Positions 9,792-17,767 of a stretch of 64,000 nucleotides of DNA are shown here, piece after piece. Each line of letters begins with the position of its first letter. The stretch's first letter is position 1. Made by a program: the position numbers and the translations under genes. Source of the stretch: Candidatus Magasanikiibacteriota bacterium (GTDB taxonomy: Bacteria; Patescibacteriota; Patescibacteriia; Magasanikbacterales; UBA922); assembly GCA_041665025.1 (NCBI GenBank), contig JBAYJP010000002.1, positions 128,691 to 192,690 on the forward strand. The letters run 5' to 3'. Under the pieces are notes generated by a model, which saw only the letters and a list, made by a program, of their open reading frames with translations, was not told the origin of the DNA and made no database searches.

Positions 9792-10211
9792 TTGATTACT
9801 GTGGCCATCATATCAACATTTTATAGCATCTTGATACCCATTGAAAACCTAAGAAGGGTTTTATCAAAAGAACAACTACAAGAAATTCTCCCTAAAAGAA
9901 CTTGCTATGGAGGAATTTGGTTTGATGATTATTTGTATTGTGAGATATCTATGGGACCAGCGGATAATGAGGCTATTGTTGAGTTTTGGAAAGAAAAGGG
10001 GTTAGTGCCATTTGAGACCAGAGACGGCAAACAATACTGGAACGAATTGTGTTTGATCCCATCTCCGGATAATCAGCCAACTTTGCCTTGTGATTGGGTA
10101 GAAATTAGATATGAAGATAAGCATGGATACTGCTATAATTTAAGGGGCAAACCACAAGGTGAAATTGTGAGAGGACCGAAACCAGTAAAAAATTTCTTTG
10201 ATCTCAACTAA
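9792..10211 (+). CDS. Hypothetical protein
   Basis: 139-aa ORF immediately following the previous gene. Confidence 0.55.
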   Translation: MITVAIISTFYSILIPIENLRRVLSKEQLQEILPKRTCYGGIWFDDYLYCEISMGPADNEAIVEFWKEKGLVPFETRDGKQYWNELCLIPSPDNQPTLPCDWVEIRYEDKHGYCYNLRGKPQGEIVRGPKPVKNFFDLN

Positions 10212-10284
10212 TTATTTAACAATCCTTATAATAAAGCGTATAAACAAAAAAGCGGGCGAAGCCCGCGTTCTTGTTTTTAAGTTT

Positions 10285-10440
10285 TTAGTTCTCTAATCGT
10301 TTACAACGTTCACATAGTCTACGTCCATCAGTACCTTGTCTAAGATTTTCTTTTTCTATATTATTACCCTCTGTACATTTATTAGAATTATGATAAACTT
10401 TTATCCATGTTAACTTTGAATGATAAGGTTGTACTTTCAT
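10285..10440 (-). CDS. Small putative Zn-binding protein (51 aa), not in ORF track
   Basis: MKVQPYHSKLTWIKVYHNSNKCTEGNNIEKENLRQGTDGRRLCERCKRLEN: YH...C...LCxxC. Confidence 0.6.
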   Translation of the reverse strand: MKVQPYHSKLTWIKVYHNSNKCTEGNNIEKENLRQGTDGRRLCERCKRLEN

Positions 10441-10712
10441 ATAGTAATAGTAATAGTAATAGTAATATTAAAATTAATTATTTATAAGTTGTTAATTTTT
10501 TGAAGACCTGCTATAATTAATTTGTTAGGGTAATTATAACTTGCAGGAAGACGCGATTAATTAACGATTGTTGCGTCTTTTTTATTGGGTATTTTGATTG
10601 ACATATATCTACTGTTAGATAATAATATTTTAACCTATGCGGTAAGTCTTGTCAATAGCTACTTATACCCACCGCTTGACTTTCTTATTACTATCAGATA
10701 AAATCAAAATAT

Positions 10713-11048
10713 ATGGATAACAATACCAAACAAATAATTGGAGGCAACATCCGCGCAAAACGGGAGGCCTTGGGTTTATCCCAAGAAGAACTCGCCCAAA
10801 AAGTAGGAAAGCAAACTGCTACTTATATAGCTTTTATTGAAAAAGGTGAAAGAAATATAACCACAGTAGATTTAATGGCGATAGCTAAACAGCTTGGCAC
10901 TACTGTTGCGGTTCTTATTGGTGAAGATAAAAAGGCAAAAACACCTTCTGTCGTTGATGTTTTAAGGTCTGCAAAAGAACTCAGTAAAGCTGACCGCGAA
11001 AAAATTGAAGCTATTTATAACTTTGCTAAAAACAAAAAAGATGAGTAA
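10713..11048 (+). CDS. XRE-family HTH repressor (ImmR-like)
   Basis: IRAKREALGLSQEELAQKVG...YIAFIEKGER. Confidence 0.9.
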   Translation: MDNNTKQIIGGNIRAKREALGLSQEELAQKVGKQTATYIAFIEKGERNITTVDLMAIAKQLGTTVAVLIGEDKKAKTPSVVDVLRSAKELSKADREKIEAIYNFAKNKKDE

Positions 11049-11556
11049 TGACTACGAAAGTGTATCTGATGATTTGTTGACCCCCAACTTAAAGGGAGCC
11101 AGACTTAGAGCTAAGAATATTTGGAATGAATTTTGTGGAGCAAAAATACCGGTAAAACTTAATGACATAATCCAAAAAATGGGGATTGATATTCGGGGAG
11201 AGGATCTAAATTCTGCCGATGCCATCACAAGAATGGATAGCAACGGCGTTTGCTGTATGGTTTATGACCAAAATAGTTCCGTTGTGAGGAAAAGATTCAC
11301 AATAGCACACGAAATAGGACACTTAGCAATGGAACACACATCATCGTGGGGAGGGTGTAATCAGTTTTCAAAAAAATCTCAGGAAAAGGAGGCTGATGCT
11401 TTTGCTGGTGAACTGTTAGTGCCATCTGAAGACTTGAAGGAATTTACTAAACAAAAACGCACAATTCAAGAAATAATGAGTAGATACTGGATAAGTAATC
11501 CTGCGGCCTTTGTGGCAGTGCAAAATAATCGTTTATTAGATAGGATTAAAATATAA
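11041..11556 (+). CDS. ImmA/IrrE-family metallopeptidase (anti-repressor)
   Basis: RKRFTIAHEIGH and EKEADAFAGELLVP motifs; overlaps the XRE gene. Confidence 0.9.
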   Translation: MSNDYESVSDDLLTPNLKGARLRAKNIWNEFCGAKIPVKLNDIIQKMGIDIRGEDLNSADAITRMDSNGVCCMVYDQNSSVVRKRFTIAHEIGHLAMEHTSSWGGCNQFSKKSQEKEADAFAGELLVPSEDLKEFTKQKRTIQEIMSRYWISNPAAFVAVQNNRLLDRIKI

Positions 11557-11693
11557 TTTTACTGTGTATTTCCCACATAAAAAATTTGGCAGTTGGTTAT
11601 ATCATGTTTAATCTATTAGGTATTTGGAAAAGACAAAATAATACTTTTTAACTTTACTGCTGTGATACCAGCGTCGTATCTTTTATCAAAATA

Positions 11694-11780
11694 GTTCTGA
11701 CGTCTTTCACTAATTAAGCTCTCGTTAAAACTTCGCTTAACAAGCGTAGTTTTTTGTTTACCCTTACGTGTGAGTAGAAC
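11694..11780 (+). repeat. att-like junction A
   Basis: GTTCTGACGTCTTTCACTAATTAA-GCTC-TCGTTAAAACTTCGCTTAACAAGCGTAGTTTTTTGTTTACC...GTGTGAGTAGAAC, matches junction B. Confidence 0.8.
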
Positions 11781-11795
11781 AAGGCAGTAAAACTA

Positions 11796-11824
11796 TTGAC
11801 AAAAAGGAGATTTTATGCTATACT
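11796..11824 (+). promoter_or_regulatory. Sigma70-type promoter for the cassette cargo
   Basis: TTGACA-N17-TATACT with extended -10 TG. Confidence 0.7.
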
Positions 11825-11989
11825 TTTCGGTTCGATTATAATTCGAACTGTGCTCTTTTTAGCAAAAAATTAGATTAAAAAGACTTGGGTCACAAGAGAA
11901 CTAAATTATTTTAGTTTTGTTTTGACCCAGGTCTCGTTTGCTTGGTTGCGACGAGACTCCGAGACGGATAACACGGAGAGGTGATACCG

Positions 11990-13045
11990 ATGGACCGCAC
12001 CGAACTGACCACCCTCGCCACCCGCCTGCTCAACCCCATCGCCGGCCTGCACAAGCAGGTGATCGCCAGCTTCGACACCCCCCAGGTGGGCCCGTACCAC
12101 CAGGAGGGGAACTACCTGGTCGACCACCTCATCCGAATGTTCAACGAGTGGAGACGCCTCGCCGGCAGACCCGAGATGTCCGAGGTCCTCGAGGTCGCCC
12201 TCAACCAGGTCGAGTACCACATCGAAAACGGTGAGGACCTCATCGCCCTCTACATCGTCCTCCACGACGCGTGGAAGGGTGACGAGGTGATGCAGGTGAA
12301 GCTCGACGGTCTGCCCGAGATGACCATGACGCGCAAGTCCTGGGCCAAGTGGGTCAAGACCATGGGCTCGCAGGACAAGGACCCCGTCGACATCGCCAAG
12401 GCCAAGGGCATGCTGCAGGTCTCCTACGAAGACCACGCGGAAGTCGCTGCCGTACAGCTTGAGTGCTTCACCGAAACCCTCAAGCTGCCGGAGTGGTTCG
12501 TGCGCGTAGTTCTGCTGCACATGGTGGCCATCCAGCTCGCTCAGGTGAACGTCCCGCTCTACGAGCGGTCGTTCGCCAACCTGCCCGAGGAGGCCTGGCA
12601 GTTCCTGACGGTCGTGACCTGGCTCGACGCTCAGGGTGCGGTCGGGGAAGACGGCAACTGCAACATCTCCGGCTGGAACAACCTCATCTCGTCCAAGTGG
12701 GCCGCCGAGAGCTACAGGCGCGTCGAGCGCGCCATCAGGAAGGCGGACCGACTGGACGGGCAGAAGATGGAGCGCGCTCTGTCCGATCTGCGCAATTCGC
12801 ACGACATCTTCCACAACGAGACGCCGGATGAGTCCATCGACCGCCTGAAGCGCGAGTGCGCGCTGCCCAAGGTCACGGAGGCTGACGTCCGCAACGCGCT
12901 GGCCAACATCGAGGGCCTGGGCGAAGCGCTCATCGCGACCATCGCGGCCGAGATGGCCACGGACGGCAAGCTGAGCCCGGACACGGGCAGGGCGCTCGGC
13001 CGGTTCAACAAGCCGGTCCGCGACGCGCTCAAGAGCCTCGGCTGA
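11990..13045 (+). CDS. GC-rich HD-domain phosphohydrolase (HxEG type, resembling the CCA-enzyme HD domain)
   Basis: YHQEG...DH...LHDAWKG...YEDHAE...LLH...WLDAQG; SD GGAGAGGTG before ATG 11990; strong GC3 bias. Confidence 0.75.
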   Translation: MDRTELTTLATRLLNPIAGLHKQVIASFDTPQVGPYHQEGNYLVDHLIRMFNEWRRLAGRPEMSEVLEVALNQVEYHIENGEDLIALYIVLHDAWKGDEVMQVKLDGLPEMTMTRKSWAKWVKTMGSQDKDPVDIAKAKGMLQVSYEDHAEVAAVQLECFTETLKLPEWFVRVVLLHMVAIQLAQVNVPLYERSFANLPEEAWQFLTVVTWLDAQGAVGEDGNCNISGWNNLISSKWAAESYRRVERAIRKADRLDGQKMERALSDLRNSHDIFHNETPDESIDRLKRECALPKVTEADVRNALANIEGLGEALIATIAAEMATDGKLSPDTGRALGRFNKPVRDALKSLG

Positions 13046-13187
13046 CGACCACAACCCCGAACCCCGGGCGAAAGGGGTGACAGTTCGGAAAGACGGACAA
13101 CTCTCGTGTGTCGCGTACGTTCGTACGTAGTGCGATAGTCGAGGAAATACGCGCGGGGAGCTGGATGCAAAAGCGTTCAGCACCCCG

Positions 13188-13253
13188 TGGATTTTCCGGT
13201 GAGACCGGAACTGATGAGTCCTTTAACGATAGAATACGACAGGACGAAATCCA
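13188..13253 (+). ncRNA. Type III hammerhead ribozyme
   Basis: TGGA-T-T | TTCCGG-tgaga-CCGGAA CTGATGA GTCCT-loop-AGGAC GAAA TCCA: full core, three closed stems; predicted cleavage after 13193. Confidence 0.9.
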
Positions 13254-13407
13254 AAAACTGTTCTTTACAATTCGACATGGTTCTTAAATAAAAAAACGGA
13301 CGTGGGTCAACACATGGCCAGGAGTTCTCCTGGACAGATGGACCCCACGTCCGGAGGTTTTGGTCAACCACCGGATGAACTTCGAACGCACACACGGAGG
13401 TGCACTC

Positions 13408-14373
13408 ATGACCCAGTTCACGAATGCGGTGACGCACAGCGGCGACATGCACCCGGACGACGTCATGGCGGGTGGCTTCCTCAAGGAGACCAACCCCGGC
13501 ATCCGCTTCGTCCGCACCCGCGACAAGACCGTGCTCGAGGCGGCGATGTCCGACGACGACACCGTCGTCTACGACGTCGGCTTCGTGTACGACGAGTCGC
13601 GGAACTGCTACGACCACCACCAGCGGCAGAACGCCCCCAACCCCCGCCCGAACGGCGTGCCGTTCTCGAGCTTCGGGCTCCTGTGGCAGCGCTTCGGCCT
13701 GTCCTACTGCGAGCGCCTCGTGGCCAAGTACGGCAAGGACATCGACCCCGCCCAACTCCACGAGCTCATCGACCACGAGCTGGTCCAGGGCATCGACGTC
13801 ATCGACACCGGCGCGGTGGACAACCCCCGCTTCCAGCCGAAGGTCGGCGAGGTGTCCGTCGAGGTCAAGACCTTCGCGCTGGCCCTGTTCGAGCTCGCCC
13901 CCCAGCCGCTCCTGTTCGAGATCCCGCCTTACGACGAGGCCTACAACCAGGCCACCGACATCGCCGCGGTCTTCCTGAACCGCTTCGCCGAGGCCTGCCT
14001 GGCCAAGCTCTGCGGGCGTCAGCTTCTCGTGACCGGCCGCCGGGTCGAGGAGTGCGTCGTCGTGTCGCCCAAGGTCATCCCGGACTGGAGCGACGTCGTC
14101 AGCGCGGAGTTCCCCGAGACCCTCTACTACCTCGAGCCGGACACCAACGACCAGACGGGCAAGGCCTACATGCTGTGGCAGGTGCCCGTCGAGCCGCGGG
14201 GCTTCGTCGGCCGCAAGTCGCTCCCGGAGAGCTGGGCCGGCAAGCGCGGCACGGACCTCGTGGCCGTGACCGGCATCGAGGGCTCGGGCTTCTGCCACGT
14301 CGGGTGCTTCGTGGGCGGCGGCGAGACCCTCGAGGCGACGCTCGCGATGGCGAAGGCGGCCATCGCGGCGTAG
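13408..14373 (+). CDS. GC-rich MYG1-family (DHH-like) 3'-5' exonuclease
   Basis: THSGDMHPDDV, RTRD, DVGFVYD...YDHHQ, SSFGLLW, FCH..F.GG motifs; SD GGAGGTG before ATG 13408. Confidence 0.88.
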   Translation: MTQFTNAVTHSGDMHPDDVMAGGFLKETNPGIRFVRTRDKTVLEAAMSDDDTVVYDVGFVYDESRNCYDHHQRQNAPNPRPNGVPFSSFGLLWQRFGLSYCERLVAKYGKDIDPAQLHELIDHELVQGIDVIDTGAVDNPRFQPKVGEVSVEVKTFALALFELAPQPLLFEIPPYDEAYNQATDIAAVFLNRFAEACLAKLCGRQLLVTGRRVEECVVVSPKVIPDWSDVVSAEFPETLYYLEPDTNDQTGKAYMLWQVPVEPRGFVGRKSLPESWAGKRGTDLVAVTGIEGSGFCHVGCFVGGGETLEATLAMAKAAIAA

Positions 14374-14478
14374 CGCGGATCAAATCCGCGCAGAGGACCA
14401 TGTCGGCTACTGATTCAGTCGGCGGCGCAAGCTGCTGAAGGAGTCGTAGACGTCGGGGTGTGTATTTCACGCACCCCG

Positions 14479-14537
14479 GTCCTCTACTGATAATGTCAGT
14501 ACTGATGAGCCCATTTGTTTATGCAGGGCGAAAGGAC
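14479..14537 (+). ncRNA. Type III hammerhead ribozyme
   Basis: GTCC-T-C | TACTGA-taatg-TCAGTA CTGATGA GCCC-loop-GGGC GAAA GGAC; predicted cleavage after 14484. Confidence 0.9.
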
Positions 14538-14543
14538 AAATTA

Positions 14544-14748
14544 AAAACCACTTATAGTAATATGAGTGGTTTTTAATTAGAAATAAGATTTATTATTGTG
14601 AATTTGCAGAGTTGACCAAAACTAAATTATGCGTTATACTCATCGGCAGTTTCAATACTTCGGTTCTAACCTCCTTTACTAAGGAGCTCTCAATAAAACT
14701 TCGCTCAAACAGCGTAGTTTTTTGTTTACCCGCAAGTGTGAGTAGAAC
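14544..14748 (+). repeat. att-like junction B (about 146-bp left arm incl. terminator, GCTC core 14686-14689, right arm hairpin)
   Basis: Left arm closely similar to 16128-16274; right arm closely similar to 11722-11780 and 16446-16486. Confidence 0.85.
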
Positions 14749-14759
14749 CGAGCTGCAGA

Positions 14760-15491
14760 CTATTTCAAACTATTCCATAGCATTTCCCATACAAACCGTT
14801 GGTTGTCTGCATTTGCTTGGTCTTCAATAATTACTAAGATCATACTGTCCCACGACACGGTCATGACGCGATCACCATAAATGATGGTATGACTTTTGAA
14901 AAATTTCCCATCTGGTAAAAATTTTACATCGCGCAATTCTTCTTTTGCCCGCTTAGCTTCCTGTAAGCCAAATTTAGATTTTTCTACAATTATCCTGGCT
15001 TTTATCCCACGTCTAATTCTTTCCTTAGTAAATTTCTTGTATTCTTCAGGAAAAATCGTTAGAAGTTCGGTTGATGTCCCATAGACCAAATTTTCTTTTT
15101 GGGTCATGTCGTGCCTTATCCTGTCCAAATAGGCCTGCCATACATTTTCTTTACCCTCATAATACAAGACCTTTGGTTTTTTATTTGTTTTATTTTGAAT
15201 GGCACGAAGCTCCGGTAAAAGATTAATAAAAGAAATTTCTTTATCATGTAACGATTGATAAATTTTGTCCGGATCAACTGCTTCCAGCAGTCTTTTTTTA
15301 CCACTCGGCGTTTGTTGAACAAGACCTTTGCTAATAAGATCATCCAAAACATCGTATGTAGACACACGGTGTAGGGATGCTACCTTAGCAATATTTTGTA
15401 CAGGCGCAGGCCCTAATTGTAGACAAGCCAAATAAACCTTAGCTTCTTTTATGCTTAGCCCAAATTCTTGAAGTTGCGTTGGAGTAATCAT
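14760..15491 (-). CDS. TrmB-family HTH transcriptional regulator
   Basis: LQEFGLSIKEAKVYLACLQLG...HRVSTYDVLDDLISKGLV; PKVLYYEG; C-terminal PLD-like sensor domain. Confidence 0.85.
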   Translation of the reverse strand: MITPTQLQEFGLSIKEAKVYLACLQLGPAPVQNIAKVASLHRVSTYDVLDDLISKGLVQQTPSGKKRLLEAVDPDKIYQSLHDKEISFINLLPELRAIQNKTNKKPKVLYYEGKENVWQAYLDRIRHDMTQKENLVYGTSTELLTIFPEEYKKFTKERIRRGIKARIIVEKSKFGLQEAKRAKEELRDVKFLPDGKFFKSHTIIYGDRVMTVSWDSMILVIIEDQANADNQRFVWEMLWNSLK

Positions 15492-15669
15492 AGATGTTGT
15501 AGAGAAAATACTACATTTTAGTATATAACAATACCAACAATTAATCAATTTAGCTAAAATTAAATAAAAAATAGCTATTTTATAACAGTCTATACGTAGA
15601 ACTTTATTGACAGAATAAAAAAATATTATAAGGTTAGTTAAGATCCATCAACCGGTATGGAGGGACCAC

Positions 15670-16020
15670 ATGGAGTGGCACAATTGGGGTAAACGCCCGA
15701 ACTCTCAAACCATGAGGCATATGGTAGAGTGGGAGGAGTGCCCTTATTGCGGGCATAGAGAAAAAGATTTTCTTAACTTCATTGTTGGTTTCTCAAATAG
15801 TGAAGATATTTTTACCAAAAGCACTTGGGGAGAAAATATCTTGTGGGGCGCAGAAGCCTTGGAGTGCCCAGTATGCTTTGAAAATTCTTGGAGACATACA
15901 AAATATCGGAACCCGGACACTTTTTCCTGCCTTGTGGGTGAGGGTAAAATAGTGCTTCGCGTGCCAGGGGCAGACGAGGCCTTTCACACCATGCTCGAGA
16001 TGCACAAACAGAAAGAATAG
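15670..16020 (+). CDS. Orphan protein with two CPxC motifs (putative Zn ribbon)
   Basis: CPYCG and CPVC; SD GGAGGG before ATG; divergent from TrmB. Confidence 0.65.
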   Translation: MEWHNWGKRPNSQTMRHMVEWEECPYCGHREKDFLNFIVGFSNSEDIFTKSTWGENILWGAEALECPVCFENSWRHTKYRNPDTFSCLVGEGKIVLRVPGADEAFHTMLEMHKQKE

Positions 16021-16127
16021 TCCCGTGTATCTCGTCCGACTGGCTGGGTGCGACCACAAGTCAGCCCAGCCTCCTTGAGTGGTAATATTTATTACCTCTT
16101 GAGGAGGACTGACTTGTGTAAAAATAT

Positions 16128-16312
16128 AAAACCACTTATAGCAATATGAGTGGTTTTTGATTAAAGAGAATTATTTACTGTTGTGAATTTACCGAGTTGG
16201 CCAAAACTAAATTATGCGTTATATTCGTCGGCAGTTTGAGCACCTCAGTTCTAATGTTAAGTACTAATGAGCTCAAATAAAATCACTCCAATTTGTTGGG
16301 GTGATTTTATTT
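16128..16312 (+). repeat. att-like junction C (GCTC core 16271-16274) followed by a terminator hairpin
   Basis: Left arm repeats 14544-14689; AAATAAAATCACTCCAA-tttg-TTGGGGTGATTTTATTT. Confidence 0.8.
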
Positions 16313-16429
16313 TGTACTGTAAAGGGGAACCGAACGGGAAAGGGAGAAAACGGTAGTTTTCTCTTGCCGAGGAAAGTTCACGAAAACCCGAAGGTTTTCG
16401 TGGGAGGAGCCTAGGGCGACGAATGAGAT

Positions 16430-16486
16430 TTCTCCTTGCCCGCTCACCATAAAACTTCGCTCAAACAGCGTAGTTTTTGTTTACCG
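16430..16486 (+). repeat. Duplicated tRNA-Gly 3' end joined to the cassette right-arm hairpin
   Basis: TTCTCCTTGCCCGCTC identical to 4060-4075, followed by AAAACTTCGCTCAAACAGCGTAGTTTTT as at junctions A and B. Confidence 0.85.
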
Positions 16487-16542
16487 GTAAGGAGAAAACA
16501 ATCGCGGTCGAAGCGACTTGTGATTGTTTAAAAGAGGACTAA

Positions 16543-17403
16543 ATGATAAAATATAGAACAATTACTAATATGCAAAAATTTAATAAAGAAAATTCTTTTT
16601 GGTATATTTTTTTTCTAGGGTTTCTAGTTCTAATCGCCACCAGCATAGGACAAATGTTTAGTTTGCCTTTTTTTAATAATTTAATTTTTTCCATAATTAT
16701 TCCAATAATAATTCCTATGGGGTTAATGGGTTATCATGCTTTTTTTACATTAAATATACGTCGCGGTTTATTTTTAATTGTCTTTGCTGGATTGGTAGGA
16801 TGGTTCTTTGAGATTATCGGCTTAAAATATAGAACATTTTTTGGTGGTCAATATATTTATAATACAACTATACCTCTTATTTTAGATGTCCCATATGCAG
16901 TAGTTATTTTTTGGTCATTTTTTATCTATTTTGGCTATACTTTCACAACATCATTTCTCTACTGGTCTCATAAAGACAAACCCAACAAAGATAATCATAA
17001 ATTATTTCTACTTTTCGTACTTATATTAATGGATGGCCTAACAGTAACTGCCATAGATTTGTTTATGGATCCAATACAAGCCAAAGCAGGTACATGGACA
17101 TGGTTACAAGGCGGAGCTTATTTTGGAGTACCAATAGGAAATTTTGTTGGCTGGTTTACAGTTACCGTTATTGTAACTTCTATATTTAGAATATTTGAAT
17201 ATTTTTTTCCTCAAAAATCAACAGGTGCAAACAAAAAATTTTTTTTAATACCTGTAATTGGATATATTATACTGGCTTTTTATTACACGGCGAATGCTAT
17301 CTATTTTGAATTGTATGGCTTAATAGTCGTTGGTTTATTTTTAATGCTTTCTATGGTTACAGCAAATTTGTTTTATTATTTTAATTCATCAAAACCGTCC
17401 TAA
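16543..17403 (+). CDS. Carotenoid biosynthesis / CruF (DUF422)-like membrane protein
   Basis: FEIIGL..FFGGQYIY, DVPY, DLFMDP, WTW...YFGVPIGNFVGW motifs; multiple TM helices. Confidence 0.8.
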   Translation: MIKYRTITNMQKFNKENSFWYIFFLGFLVLIATSIGQMFSLPFFNNLIFSIIIPIIIPMGLMGYHAFFTLNIRRGLFLIVFAGLVGWFFEIIGLKYRTFFGGQYIYNTTIPLILDVPYAVVIFWSFFIYFGYTFTTSFLYWSHKDKPNKDNHKLFLLFVLILMDGLTVTAIDLFMDPIQAKAGTWTWLQGGAYFGVPIGNFVGWFTVTVIVTSIFRIFEYFFPQKSTGANKKFFLIPVIGYIILAFYYTANAIYFELYGLIVVGLFLMLSMVTANLFYYFNSSKPS

Positions 17404-17457
17404 CATCCCTACCAGGGAGTTCAAAATAAAATCCACCTCTTTGGTGGATTTTATTTT
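17397..17457 (+). repeat. Degenerate att-like junction D plus terminator
   Basis: GTCCTAACATCCCTACCAGGGA-GTTC-AAAATAAAATCCACC-tcttt-GGTGGATTTTATTTT aligns with junctions B and C. Confidence 0.55.
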
Positions 17458-17474
17458 TTGAAGGCAGAAATTAT

Positions 17475-17588
17475 TTATTCCTTCTTATCGTCTTCTTTGG
17501 CATCTTTTTCACCCATTTTTTTTCCTATTTCATGTAGTTCTTCTCTCTCTTTTTTGTCTTCTTCTTTTTTGTTTTTATCGTCATCCAT
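17475..17588 (-). CDS. Small charged protein (37 aa), paralog of 19235..19345
   Basis: MDDDKNKKEEDKKEREELHEIGKKMGEKDAKEDDKKE. Confidence 0.6.
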   Translation of the reverse strand: MDDDKNKKEEDKKEREELHEIGKKMGEKDAKEDDKKE

Positions 17589-17767
17589 ATAATTTTTGTT
17601 ATGTGTGTTTATATTTTTCAATCCTCTCTTGGTGATTTTTTTGGTTTGCCCCGAGGACAATCCATTCTACCAATCATTATCCCAGCTGCCCTGAGAACAA
17701 AAAGTAGAATTTAAAACTAAACAAGATCAGGTTTAATCGGTGGAAAAATTTGTGGTAACATACCCCA

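Larger units (their letters stand above)
4072..11721. mobile_element. Integrative element 1 (carries the serine recombinase and ImmR/ImmA-like pair) inserted at the tRNA-Gly 3' end
   Basis: Left junction GCTC 4072-4075 in tRNA, right junction GCTC 11718-11721; recombinase, XRE/ImmA and orphan cargo between. Confidence 0.7.

Noticed and set aside
10442-10467. (TAGTAA)n microsatellite
   Set aside because: Short simple repeat upstream of a small gene; no evidence of phase variation from one sequence.
4072-11721. Prophage call for element 1
   Set aside because: No capsid, terminase, portal, tail or conjugation genes are recognisable.
11906-14470. Long overlapping ORFs (11906..13183-, 13177..14298-, 13302..14438+ and others)
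   Set aside because: Shadow frames expected from GC-rich codon bias; only the HD and MYG1 frames have protein motifs and an RBS.
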